Assembly (NCBI GenBank): GCA_964549505.1
Contig: CAZJVD010000001.1
Coordinates: forward strand, 420,241 to 484,240
Direction of reading: 5' to 3'
Source of the DNA: an uncultured Oligoflexia bacterium
GTDB taxonomy: Bacteria; Bdellovibrionota; UBA1018; CAZJVD01
Length of the DNA stretch: 64,000 bases
In this document: positions 51,119 to 60,966 of the stretch, in pieces
Numbering within the stretch: position 1 is the stretch's first letter
Layout of the letters: each line of letters begins with the position of its first letter
Position numbers and translations under genes: made by a program
The notes under the pieces: generated by a model
Told to the model about the DNA's origin: nothing
Seen by the model: the letters and a program-made list of their open reading frames with translations, nothing else
Databases searched by the model: none

Positions 51119-51383
51119 GAATAAAATGGCACCCCTGCGCTCAGTGGAAAAGATTGCGAAAAAAGGCGAGCTTCTGATTAAAAAAATCAGGTAAAATCAA
51201 CTATTTATATTAAAATATGGGGGGGTTTTCCGGCTAAAGCTTTGACAGCTGTGCAGGAGAAGATCAGTTAGGGAATTAGGGGAGTCCATCCATGGACGAT
51301 TTGGGGGTTAGGGTAAACTTTCGAAGACTGTCTTACTTTTAGGCGCCTCGAATCAGGTCGCCGTCTTCTTACTAGAATACTAG

Positions 51384-51399
51384 AGCAAATCAGATGCCA
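51384..51399 (-). promoter_or_regulatory. Sigma54 (-24/-12) promoter, distal
   Basis: TGGCAT-CTGAT-TTGCT, near-perfect consensus. Confidence 0.65.
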
Positions 51400-51575
51400 T
51401 CAGGGATCCTCTTGAAAACAAAGAGAATCTTCTTGCGAGGCAGAATCGCCAACTATAAAAAGACAGACACAGCTGTCGAGGCGTTTGACAGATTTTTTAG
51501 GCGCCAAGAAACCTTCATTGTGCGCTTAGATGCGGCTGTTATTCTGAATCGGTAGGGTTTTTTAAATAAAGGAAG

Positions 51576-54014
51576 ATGATAACTCCAGTGCTCGTCTCAG
51601 GCGGACGTTTGGGCGTTCTATCTTTCCTTGCGCTGGCAGGGATGGCTTTCTTCGGGGTTGCGAGTCAGTGGGCTTCCCAGTCCGTTCTTAGATTTCAGGT
51701 CCCGTTTCAGGTTCCCATGACGCTCCGTTTTTCATTGGGCTCGGAACTGGACGACGGCGCTCCGTGGGCCGACGGTCTCCGGGGTCAGATTCAGAAAGCC
51801 CAGGTCGAAGTCGACACAGCCATTGAGAGGTTTCGAGCTACACGACCGGTACGCCGCGTGGTGGCCGCAGCTACGGCTTCCTCAGGAAAGCGGACGACAC
51901 CTTTAAAAACTGTTTTAGTTGATAGACGGGTTTTAACATCGAGTTACACCCCTCGGACCGAACTTACGGTGATGACCAGCACGGCGGTTCATATCGCGCC
52001 TGCGGCAGTGCCTGTGGTGGCTATCCAACCGAAGTCGGTCGAGAAGCGGTTGGCTACTCACGGTATAATGCTTTCTACGCAGCTTATGGTTGCGGCCCCG
52101 AAAGATCCTATGAGTACTCACCAGATGGTCGCGGCTGTTCAGGAGCTTTCGGTGGTTACTCAAGCTGCGCTCGCCATAGAGCGACCGGAAGTTCCGTTGC
52201 GACTCGCTGAACGGGCTAAGGAGATCTCTCCTTACGATGGATACTCATTCTCTGGCGTGGTGGAGCCGGCTCTGACGCCCCCTGCTCCTATTGCGATCGC
52301 CAGGGCCGCTCCAGTGCGAGTACTCACAAAGCCTGCTGAGAAGACAGTGAGTATTCAAGCCGCTAAACGGACCGAGGTCCCAGCAGAGTCGATCGCAGAG
52401 GTTGTGGATACTCACGTTGAGTACTCACAGTCGGCGCCCGTGTTACCTGTATTAGAAGATAATGCGGCCGTCGCAGACGAGCCCAGCGCCGTCGCTCAGG
52501 CGCCGGCTGTTTCAATGGAGCTGGTTGAGCGTATGTCAGACCCCAGTTTCGTTAAGCAGGTCCATGGTTACCTTTCTTCAGCTAAAGCAAATCCGGTGAC
52601 TGCCCCGCCGGTCGTTACCGTTGTCGGAGCGGGCGCAGCCGTGGATGCCGGCCTAAACGCCGAGAGCGGCGCTAAGACAAGCGCATTGATCGGCGCAGTG
52701 ACCGCTAAGCCATCCGCCTCTATCGTGATTGCGCCATCAGGGGGTGGCTCGGCATCCGCGAAGTCGGATGGTTCAGAGACACGCACCGTAGCTGAGGGGC
52801 TCACTGTTACAAAGAAGACGACCTCGGCCAAACAGGGGCTGCACTCTGTCGCGGACAGTGCTCAAAACTGGCCGAACGTTCCGACATCGGGATTCTATGA
52901 GAGCTTTGGTGCCCCTCATACGATCTCGGCTGTGAACATTTTAAATATCGACGGTTCCAAGGCGATCACCGCGTCGGGATGGTTTCTGGCTGAGAGTCAG
53001 GGCCATGTCCCGATGTTGGCTTTTCTGAAGGACGCAGCTTATCCATCGGCGATACCGATGATTTCGGACTTCAATCTCGGCGTGTTGCGCGCGACGTACG
53101 GTCGGGATTCGTCGGCAGAGGCTTCGATTCTTTTTGGAAAGGTTGCTGAGGGTTGGCAGATCAGTGCGCCTGAAGCGCTCGGGCCGCGCATCGCTTACTT
53201 TGATGAGACATGGTCGCCCGTTGTGGCAACAGCCGAGGGTCCAAAGTACTTCTTAGCTTTTGGTATCAAGGGTGGGTTTATCTGGGTCGGAGCAACGTCG
53301 GCAGAGGGTGATGCCGGCGGGACGTATGTTCCTCTCAGCGAAGGACAGATCTCTTATGTCGACTTCTCGGAACCCCGAAAAGTAGCCATTTCCGGCTCGA
53401 TTTATTACCCATTGGGTGAAAACGACGAAGAAGGCTATGACGCTGCGTCATCTTTGATCGTGCATGCGCACGGACAGAACGTGCCCGACGATGTCTCGGG
53501 AAGCCAGGGCCAGTTCCGTCTGGGTGAAGTGATCGCCATGGGATGGTACCCGGTGGTTGTCGAAACCTGGGCTAAGAGACCGGATGGAGATGGGTATCTT
53601 CATCGGCACGCCATAGAGTCCTGGGCCTTTGCTGAAGCCCAGCTTCCGCAGCTGCGCGAAACGGAGGTCTATCGGTTTCGTACAGACATCGGTGCTGGAA
53701 CGGTGGATGGTCGTGGGTCTATCTGGGGGGAGATGTCCGGACTTGTTGTTGAGAAGGCGGAAACTGTTGGATTGTTTCCAGAAGTGAGTCGAGTTTTGGG
53801 TTCGCCGAGCCCATCGAGCGAAGTCCTAAGTGTTACAGGACCCGAACGGACTGAGAAAAACACGCCACTAGATGGAAAGAAACCGCGTTTCTTAGCGGTC
53901 GGTCTGGAACAGAGTTGGGTCACAGCACGGGTTTTAGATCGCGGGGGGGAAGTTCGCTGGAGCAGCAGCTTGCCGGTGGAGCCCAACGTTATCTCGGTCG
54001 TTAGCGGCTACTGA
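51576..54014 (+). CDS. Membrane-anchored hypothetical protein (812 aa) with an Ala/Pro/Val-rich linker and a C-terminal beta-rich region
   Basis: Long ORF, N-terminal TM helix, GGAAG SD. Confidence 0.8.
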   Translation: MITPVLVSGGRLGVLSFLALAGMAFFGVASQWASQSVLRFQVPFQVPMTLRFSLGSELDDGAPWADGLRGQIQKAQVEVDTAIERFRATRPVRRVVAAATASSGKRTTPLKTVLVDRRVLTSSYTPRTELTVMTSTAVHIAPAAVPVVAIQPKSVEKRLATHGIMLSTQLMVAAPKDPMSTHQMVAAVQELSVVTQAALAIERPEVPLRLAERAKEISPYDGYSFSGVVEPALTPPAPIAIARAAPVRVLTKPAEKTVSIQAAKRTEVPAESIAEVVDTHVEYSQSAPVLPVLEDNAAVADEPSAVAQAPAVSMELVERMSDPSFVKQVHGYLSSAKANPVTAPPVVTVVGAGAAVDAGLNAESGAKTSALIGAVTAKPSASIVIAPSGGGSASAKSDGSETRTVAEGLTVTKKTTSAKQGLHSVADSAQNWPNVPTSGFYESFGAPHTISAVNILNIDGSKAITASGWFLAESQGHVPMLAFLKDAAYPSAIPMISDFNLGVLRATYGRDSSAEASILFGKVAEGWQISAPEALGPRIAYFDETWSPVVATAEGPKYFLAFGIKGGFIWVGATSAEGDAGGTYVPLSEGQISYVDFSEPRKVAISGSIYYPLGENDEEGYDAASSLIVHAHGQNVPDDVSGSQGQFRLGEVIAMGWYPVVVETWAKRPDGDGYLHRHAIESWAFAEAQLPQLRETEVYRFRTDIGAGTVDGRGSIWGEMSGLVVEKAETVGLFPEVSRVLGSPSPSSEVLSVTGPERTEKNTPLDGKKPRFLAVGLEQSWVTARVLDRGGEVRWSSSLPVEPNVISVVSGY

Positions 54015-55358
54015 TTCAGGTGTCACTGGGAAGAAAAACTCAGTGTTTTTAGGGATCATTTTTGCACGTGCAAGATCTGGATTCCACTCAAGAAACGTCG
54101 TTTTATCGAGCTTTTCACGCTTCAGGAGCTCGGCCAGACGCTGGGACCTTCTTGTCCGGTGTGTTTGAAACGGGGTCGGCTGTCCACTGTCGACGGTCAT
54201 CGAAAACACGACGTCGCGATATTCGACGAGATACATGACGGCCAAAAATTCAGCAAAATAGTTACGTCCAGCAATTCCAAGATGCTGGGTTCCTCCGCAG
54301 GGACGCAGTTCTTTGTAGAGAGCATCGCCGAGGCGACGCTGACGAGGAATTTTGAGTAGGCCACGATAGCCAGAGTTATAAGCGGTTACCGCAAGCGCCC
54401 AACTATCCAAAAACTTGAAGTTGTCCCGAAGAATTCGCGCAGCTGCGCGAGTTGATTTGAGAGGTGAAAGACGCTCATCGATACCGCTCGTTTCATCCAT
54501 GCGGAGATAGCGTTTTCCCGTGGTCGGCATGATCTGCCACACGCCGGTCGCACCACTTCGAGAGATCGCACCATGATTGAACGAACTTTCGACCAAGCTG
54601 ATTTGAATAAGTTCGTGCGGGACTTGTTCTTCGTCGAAGATCGTCCGCATGCTAGGCAACAGACGCTGGGACCGTACAAGGCCGTGAATCAATTGATCGC
54701 GAAGGCCAGTTTGAGCCCGAAAACCCTTGTGAAAGGCCTGAATTGTATGATTATGCGTCGACCCCTTTGTCGTTTCGGGGCGAGCTTCGACGAGCGCACG
54801 ATAGATCTGAATTTCTTTTCCGGTCAACCCGTGCTCCGACCGGAGCTTGAGGCCACCGCGCGCAGCGAGTTTGCGAAAAGCCGTTTCATAGTCGCGCATC
54901 GTGTTCGAAAGTATGCGTTGGCGAACGATCTCGTAGGCAACAAGGTTGCGAGAGCGTTTTTTGAGATCCGAGAAGTCGAGGACTTCATAGATGATCTCAG
55001 GGTGGGCGGTATCGTAGATCACGGTTTGGTATTGAGAATAGCGACCGAAAATCGCAGCCCAAAACCGCACTTTTTCTTGAAGTTCTTCGGGAATATTAAA
55101 AGAAGCATCCACGCGACCGAGCGAATCGGAGAGCGCTTCTTTAATCGCCGAGTCCGGCGTCCATTGTGAGTAAAGATTGGCTTGTGTGAGAGGTTGGAGT
55201 CGTTCGAACGCCCCAAAATCAGGCGCTTGCAACGACGCTCCGGTCGAAAGCGAGCCGAGTGCGCCCCACGCGCTCGATACGGCGAGCGGAGACGCAAAAG
55301 CGGAAACGATAGAAATTATCCGACAAAAGGATTTGCCGATCCTTGGACTGCAAGCCAT
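53934..55358 (-). CDS. Lytic transglycosylase (MltD-like SLT domain, possible degenerate LysM C-terminus)
   Basis: Signal peptide; LVESSFN..A.SRSGATGVWQIMP.TG, AVTAYNSG. Confidence 0.9.
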   Translation of the reverse strand: MACSPRIGKSFCRIISIVSAFASPLAVSSAWGALGSLSTGASLQAPDFGAFERLQPLTQANLYSQWTPDSAIKEALSDSLGRVDASFNIPEELQEKVRFWAAIFGRYSQYQTVIYDTAHPEIIYEVLDFSDLKKRSRNLVAYEIVRQRILSNTMRDYETAFRKLAARGGLKLRSEHGLTGKEIQIYRALVEARPETTKGSTHNHTIQAFHKGFRAQTGLRDQLIHGLVRSQRLLPSMRTIFDEEQVPHELIQISLVESSFNHGAISRSGATGVWQIMPTTGKRYLRMDETSGIDERLSPLKSTRAAARILRDNFKFLDSWALAVTAYNSGYRGLLKIPRQRRLGDALYKELRPCGGTQHLGIAGRNYFAEFLAVMYLVEYRDVVFSMTVDSGQPTPFQTHRTRRSQRLAELLKREKLDKTTFLEWNPDLARAKMIPKNTEFFFPVTPESVAANDRDNVGLHRQAAAPANFPPAI

Positions 55359-55527
55359 AACTACTCTCTCTGAACTCCTCGAGACAGCTATAGAGCAATG
55401 GTCCTGCCAGTCGCAGCGATCTCAGAACCCCTGGAAACCGGAGGTTATTTCCGTGTGGTGCTAGGGCGCACTGACAAAAGGTTTTACATTTGACAAAAAA
55501 CATTCCACAGCAAAAGAGAAGGGTATT

Positions 55528-55743
55528 GTGACGCGAGAAAAGAAAACAGCACATGATTTTGAGACTGTTGTGAAGGAACTTGAGGAGACGGTTCGTAAAC
55601 TTGAACTCGGTAATCTCAGTTTGGAAGAGACGATCAAACTCTATGAGCGAGGAAAAGAGCTGAGCGCGACTTGTAAAACGGTGCTCGCCGAAGCCGAACG
55701 GAAAGTAAAAATCCTTGCGGGAAATGAAGAAAATCCGAGCTGA
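55528..55743 (+). CDS. xseB: Exodeoxyribonuclease VII small subunit
   Basis: FE....LEE.V.KLE.G.LSLEE.IKLYERG..L...C...L..AE.KV. Confidence 0.93.
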   Translation: MTREKKTAHDFETVVKELEETVRKLELGNLSLEETIKLYERGKELSATCKTVLAEAERKVKILAGNEENPS

Positions 55744-56464
55744 CCAGCTCCTTGTAGAGCGCGGTCTTGCGCCGTCGCGTGCTCGTGCTCAAGCACTCAT
55801 CGCCGCGGGTGCCGTAGTGAGCGGCCCTGGAAAAGTAGAGAAGGCTGGCCAGTTGCTTGCGCCGGATGCGGAACTCCGTCTTCTCCGCGAGGACCACCCG
55901 TTTGTGTCGCGCGGAGGACTCAAGCTGCAGCATGCGATCGGTGTCTTTAAAGTCGACGTTCAGGGAAAGTCGGCGCTGGATATCGGTTCGTCGACCGGTG
56001 GATTCACGGATGTGCTTCTCCAAGCGGGTGCTCGTGATGTCACCTGCGTCGATGTCGGCGAAAATCTTCTCGACTGGAAGATCCGTTCCGACAAGCGTGT
56101 TCGGATTGTCGAAGGGATCAACGCTCGCTACCTGAAGTTTGAAGACCTCGGAAGAACCTATGATCTGATTGTGTGCGACGTGTCCTTTATTTCCCTATCG
56201 AAAATCGTTCCGGCATTGATGGTTTTCGCCGAGGCTGAAACGGTGTGGGTCACGTTGATCAAGCCACAGTTCGAGGTGGGTCCGGAGCGGGTGGGAAAAG
56301 GTGGGATCGTCCGTGATTCGGCCGACCACGAAGCGGCAGTCAAGAGCGTGACGCGAGCCCTAGAAAATCTTGGCTTGGAGCGTTTGGAGTTGGTAGAATC
56401 ACCTATCAAAGGAAGCGCTGGTAATCGCGAGTTTTTAGCCTGCTGGCGAAAACAGAGAACCTAG
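55724..56464 (+). CDS. tlyA: TlyA-family rRNA 2'-O-methyltransferase
   Basis: S4 domain, FVSRGGLKL, DIGSSTGGFT, DVSFISL, LIKPQFE, GNREF. Confidence 0.95.
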   Translation: MKKIRADQLLVERGLAPSRARAQALIAAGAVVSGPGKVEKAGQLLAPDAELRLLREDHPFVSRGGLKLQHAIGVFKVDVQGKSALDIGSSTGGFTDVLLQAGARDVTCVDVGENLLDWKIRSDKRVRIVEGINARYLKFEDLGRTYDLIVCDVSFISLSKIVPALMVFAEAETVWVTLIKPQFEVGPERVGKGGIVRDSADHEAAVKSVTRALENLGLERLELVESPIKGSAGNREFLACWRKQRT

Positions 56465-57406
56465 GTGAAGCAACTCTGCATCATAATCGTGATCGCTCTC
56501 GGTGTCGGCTGTTCGGCTGGAAGAACCAAGCCGGAAACCGAACCGTCTTCGCCTGAGGCAGCTGTGCTTCAGGGCGGGAACTCCGCTGATGCGTCGGCTA
56601 AGCCTTACGGCCCGGACGTTCCGGTCTCAAAGAAAGTCGTTGTTGTCCTCGGACCTGGTCACGCGCGTGCTTTTGCCGCAGCCGGAGTGTTTCGCGCTCT
56701 TCAAGACGCCGGAATTGAAGTGGGTGGAGTCGTGGGAACGGGAATGGGTGCGCTCTTTGCCGCTCTCTATGCTGAAGCGGCGACATTGAGTCAGTTCGAG
56801 TGGTGGACAATGCGTCTCAAGACAGACGTTCTGCTCGGCAGTCGATTTCGTCGGTTGGTGGGTTCACTTAATTCGGGAAACGAACTCGAGGTGTTCCTTG
56901 CGGCGACGTTCGGTAAGAAAGACATTCGTCAAACGAGGAAGCCGCTCGCCATTGGTGTTTTTTCTCAAACGCAGGGCCGTTTTATTTTGGCTAATCAGGG
57001 CCCGCTTACAGAAGCGATTCGCGCAGCCGTTGCCGAACCAGGGGTGATGACGCCCGGGACGTGGCTAGGCGAGCCCGCTATCTCCGCCTCACTCCAACAA
57101 CCTTATCTCGTGGATGTCGCACGCGACTTAGGTGTTGGTCCCGTGATCGTGCTCGATGTGCTGACCGACATCGAAAAAGTTGATGACGACGGTGCACGTG
57201 AAGTGGGTCTGGTTCAGAATTTTCTCCTGGCACGAGCCAATGGAGAAAAAGTTTTGCAGACCGCTGATGTCGTCATACGACCCGAGTTAAACGAAGTGGG
57301 TTTTTTTGATTTCGATCGTCGTACGACGGCTACCTTTAAAGGGAAAGCCGCGACTCAAAAACAAATCGACTCCATCCGAGAAGCTTTGGACAAGGTCCAA
57401 CAATGA
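56465..57406 (+). CDS. Patatin-like lipoprotein with degenerate catalytic motifs
   Basis: Lipobox LGVG|C; VLGPGHARA (Gly loop), GTGMGA replacing GxSxG, DGG absent. Confidence 0.75.
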   Translation: MKQLCIIIVIALGVGCSAGRTKPETEPSSPEAAVLQGGNSADASAKPYGPDVPVSKKVVVVLGPGHARAFAAAGVFRALQDAGIEVGGVVGTGMGALFAALYAEAATLSQFEWWTMRLKTDVLLGSRFRRLVGSLNSGNELEVFLAATFGKKDIRQTRKPLAIGVFSQTQGRFILANQGPLTEAIRAAVAEPGVMTPGTWLGEPAISASLQQPYLVDVARDLGVGPVIVLDVLTDIEKVDDDGAREVGLVQNFLLARANGEKVLQTADVVIRPELNEVGFFDFDRRTTATFKGKAATQKQIDSIREALDKVQQ

Positions 57407-60063
57407 TCTCAACACCCATGAAGCCGGTCACGCCGCCCCTCGCATCGCCACCCACCGGACTGAACCGAAAAAAGTGGGTGCCGATCTTAGCGATCGCCGG
57501 CATGGCAGCGGGTGTGGTGGTCATTGGAATCATCTGGCTTGTGGGTGATCTACCAAAAATCTATCAAGTTACGGATTATCGTCCTCCTATTGTGAGTCAG
57601 GTGATCGCCTCACATAACGGTGAGGAAGCTGTGGTCGGTGAGTTTTTTCGCGAACGTCGTGTGATGGTTCCGTTTGAGAGTGTCCCGAAAGTCGTTGTCG
57701 ACGCGTTTGTTGCTGCTGAAGACGATCGCTTCTTTGAGCATCAGGGGATTAGCTTCGCGGCGATTTTGCGCGCGTTCCTTGCGAATCTTAAAGCGGGTCA
57801 GGTCGTTCAAGGCGGTAGTACGATCACCCAGCAGGTTGCGAAGTCACTCTTTCTCACGCCCGCACGAAGCATCGTTCGAAAACTCAAAGAGGCGGTGCTC
57901 GCTTACCGTCTCGAATCTCACTTGACCAAGGATCAGATCCTCTACGTCTACCTCAACCAGATCTATCTCGGTCGTGGAGCGTACGGAGTGTCCGTGGCGG
58001 CTCGCAGTTACTTTCGAAAAGAGCTTTCCAAACTCACGTTAGCCGAAGCAGCTTTGATAGCGGGTCTTCCAACTGCCCCCAGTAAGTTCAACCCTTTCAG
58101 CAATCCGCATCGTGCGAAACAGCGGCAAGCGTATGTGCTCCGCCGCATGTTCGAGACTGGTAAAATCACCGAACCCGAAATGAAAGCAGCCATCGCGGCT
58201 CCTTTGAGAGTCTATCGTAGTCTCGAGAGCAATATGGAGTACGGCCCCTACTTCATTGAGCACATTCGTCGCCATCTTGTGACGAAGTATGGTGAGAAGG
58301 CTGTGCAGGAAGATGGTCTTAAAGTTTACGTTCGCACGACGCCGAGAGTTCTCATGACGTCGAAGCAGCAGTTGCAGGCTGGTCTACGTGAGCTCGACAA
58401 GCGCCGAGGCTATCGGGGCGCACTTAAGAAGCTCGTCACCGATCAGGAACGCTTTGATCACTCGGCCAGTCTCCAGCGCGATCTGATCACGCGCCATCGC
58501 GATTATTTTGATCTGGGCGTCGAGCAACTCAAAGAGGCGGTCGAAAGCGACACGAACGGTGCTCCAGACGCCGAGGTTCCAGAGCCGAATCAACAGTTCG
58601 AAACGCTGGCTTTGCTTTCGGGTGTTCCCGATTGGGATAAGAAACCGAATCCCGACATCTTGAGCTCCGGTGAGATTCTGGAAGCGTGGGTTTCAGAAGT
58701 GCGCGACGGTGAAAAGCTCGCATTTGTTCGTGCAGGCCTTCAAGAAGTTCCGATGAAGTTTGACGATATGCTGTGGGCTGCACGCCCAGGTCCTGATGGA
58801 AAGCTCGGGCCGCCTCCAAAAAAGGTTTCGGATGTTTTGGCGGTCGGTGACCTGATCAGGATCCAACTCGAGCGGCGGCCGACCGAACGAGGCTTGGTTG
58901 CAAAACTGGAACAGGAACCCGAAGTTCAGGGTGCGATTCTGTCGATGGAGGTGAACTCGGGATTTGTTCTGGCGATGGAAGGTGGTTTTGATTTTCGAGC
59001 ATCGCACTTTAATCGCGCCATTCAAGCGCTGCGGCAGCCGGGTTCGGCGTTCAAGCCTATTATCTTTGCAAGCGCTGTGGAGAAAGGTTTCACGCCAGCT
59101 TCGATCATTGTCGATGCACCGATTGTTTATAAAGACGAAGAGTTTGGAAACTGGAAGCCCAGTAATATTGACGAAAAGTTTTCTGGCGACACGACCTTTC
59201 GAAAAGCTTTAATTGACTCCCGAAACATCCCGACGATCAAACTCGTTCAGCAGTTACAAGTGAACACGGTGATCGAGTACGCGCGACGCTTGGGCCTCAC
59301 GGGCCAGGTCAATCAAGATTTGTCGATCTCGCTTGGCAGCGGATCGTTTTCACTGGTGGAGTTGGTACAGGCTTACGCTGTGTTTGCGCGGCAAGGCCGA
59401 AGAGTTCAGCCGATTTTTTTCACGAAAATCGTGGGCCGCGACGGAACCGTGCTCGAAGATATCCAACCGGTTCCGCTCCATCCAAAAGTGGCGGCGTTTC
59501 CTCCGCCGGAGCCCGGTGCAGCGGCACCTGAGACGATCGATCCGGCAGCGCTACCCAAGTACCCGCCCGCCGAGGATCCCGACCAGGTCGTCGACCCCCG
59601 AGTAGCGTACGTGATCAGTCACTTGCTTCGAGAGGTCGTGACCGAAGGAACGGGTCGGCGCGCCAGCGGATTGGCGCGCGTTGCAGCTGGAAAGACCGGA
59701 ACGACAAATGATTATCGGGACGCGTGGTTCATTGGGTTTACGCCCGACGTGATCACGGGTGTGTGGACGGGTTTTGACGATCAGAAATCTTTGGGTCCTG
59801 GCGAGACAGGGTCTCGCGCTGCTCTGCCTATCTGGCTTGGTTTTATGAACGTTTCTGCGATTTTGTATCCTGAGCGTGACTTTCCAGTTCCTGACGGGAT
59901 TGTTTTTGTTCCCATCGATACCAAAGGACGATCGGTCGGCAGAAAATCGGCGGGCGCCGTCGAAGAGGCGTTTATTATGGGCACCGAGCCTCGAGAGCGC
60001 GTTGAAAAAGGGGTCGATCCTGTCGAGTCGGGATCGGAGTTTCTCAAAGAGGATTTCAAGTAA
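57403..60063 (+). CDS. mrcA: Class A penicillin-binding protein 1A
   Basis: AEDDRFFEHQG, QGGSTITQQ, RKLKE, QPGSAFKP, SRN, AGKTGTTN. Confidence 0.96.
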   Translation: MISTPMKPVTPPLASPPTGLNRKKWVPILAIAGMAAGVVVIGIIWLVGDLPKIYQVTDYRPPIVSQVIASHNGEEAVVGEFFRERRVMVPFESVPKVVVDAFVAAEDDRFFEHQGISFAAILRAFLANLKAGQVVQGGSTITQQVAKSLFLTPARSIVRKLKEAVLAYRLESHLTKDQILYVYLNQIYLGRGAYGVSVAARSYFRKELSKLTLAEAALIAGLPTAPSKFNPFSNPHRAKQRQAYVLRRMFETGKITEPEMKAAIAAPLRVYRSLESNMEYGPYFIEHIRRHLVTKYGEKAVQEDGLKVYVRTTPRVLMTSKQQLQAGLRELDKRRGYRGALKKLVTDQERFDHSASLQRDLITRHRDYFDLGVEQLKEAVESDTNGAPDAEVPEPNQQFETLALLSGVPDWDKKPNPDILSSGEILEAWVSEVRDGEKLAFVRAGLQEVPMKFDDMLWAARPGPDGKLGPPPKKVSDVLAVGDLIRIQLERRPTERGLVAKLEQEPEVQGAILSMEVNSGFVLAMEGGFDFRASHFNRAIQALRQPGSAFKPIIFASAVEKGFTPASIIVDAPIVYKDEEFGNWKPSNIDEKFSGDTTFRKALIDSRNIPTIKLVQQLQVNTVIEYARRLGLTGQVNQDLSISLGSGSFSLVELVQAYAVFARQGRRVQPIFFTKIVGRDGTVLEDIQPVPLHPKVAAFPPPEPGAAAPETIDPAALPKYPPAEDPDQVVDPRVAYVISHLLREVVTEGTGRRASGLARVAAGKTGTTNDYRDAWFIGFTPDVITGVWTGFDDQKSLGPGETGSRAALPIWLGFMNVSAILYPERDFPVPDGIVFVPIDTKGRSVGRKSAGAVEEAFIMGTEPRERVEKGVDPVESGSEFLKEDFK

Positions 60064-60111
60064 TTTCCGTCACTTTCCGATCTGTTAGGAAACGGGATCG
60101 TCCCGTTTCTG

Positions 60112-60966
60112 ATGAGTGATCTAACGATTCGCCAACGACCGATTCTTGGTTCGATTCTTCTGCATGGGATTCTTCTCATCGCACTCTTGTGGATTGGCAA
60201 ACACCCAGAAATCTTTCAATCCTCCGACGAACAAAGCAAACCGACATGGATCGAAGTCCAGCTTCCCGATAATCTCCATAAACAAATCGTTCAGTCCAAA
60301 CGGGGAGACGAAACCGATACGGCGAAGCCCGAAGCGTTTCTCAGTGACAAGAACCGCGTTGTGAAAGAACAGACGGTCACCAAGAGTGGTCCGTCGGTCT
60401 TTGATTCGCCTCAGAAAGCGAAAGCACGGGAAAAGCAGGAAGATCAGGCTCAAGCTCGCGAAAAAGATAAACCCACGGTCGCACTTCGTGACCTCGGTGT
60501 TCCCTTGTTTAGAGATGCCGCCGAGAAACCACGCGATCGTCCCGACTTTGCTCCTCTGGATCAGCCTGGACAAAAACCGGGCGAAGACTATGTGAAGGGA
60601 ATCAACGAAGCAAACGAGACGGCGTTGAACACGCGCGAGTACATCTTTTTCAGCTACTTCAAACGCATCCGTGAACAACTCGATCTGGCGTGGCGACCTA
60701 TCTTGCGAACTCAGCTCGAAAAAGTCTATCGCCAAGGTCGTTACATCGCGAGCGATCGCGAGCACAAGACAAGAACACTCGTGACGTTGAACGATCGCGG
60801 TGAAATCGTACGGGTCCAGGTCCTCGAAGAGTCAGGAACGCGCGATCTCGACTCGGCGGCTGTTCAGGCGTTCAATCGCGCTGGTCCGTTTCCAAATCCG
60901 CCGCGAGGCCTGATCAACGGCAAACGCGAAATCGAAATCCAGTGGGATTTCATCCTTCGAACGTAG
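60112..60966 (+). CDS. TonB/TolA C-terminal-domain family protein
   Basis: N-terminal TM with SxxLH, charged linker, ESGTRDLDSAAVQAF..AGPFP.PP. Confidence 0.85.
   Translation: MSDLTIRQRPILGSILLHGILLIALLWIGKHPEIFQSSDEQSKPTWIEVQLPDNLHKQIVQSKRGDETDTAKPEAFLSDKNRVVKEQTVTKSGPSVFDSPQKAKAREKQEDQAQAREKDKPTVALRDLGVPLFRDAAEKPRDRPDFAPLDQPGQKPGEDYVKGINEANETALNTREYIFFSYFKRIREQLDLAWRPILRTQLEKVYRQGRYIASDREHKTRTLVTLNDRGEIVRVQVLEESGTRDLDSAAVQAFNRAGPFPNPPRGLINGKREIEIQWDFILRT

Noticed and set aside
51305-51345. c-di-GMP-I riboswitch-like GGTAAAC..GAA
   Set aside because: No matching P2 stem or downstream GCAAAG element.
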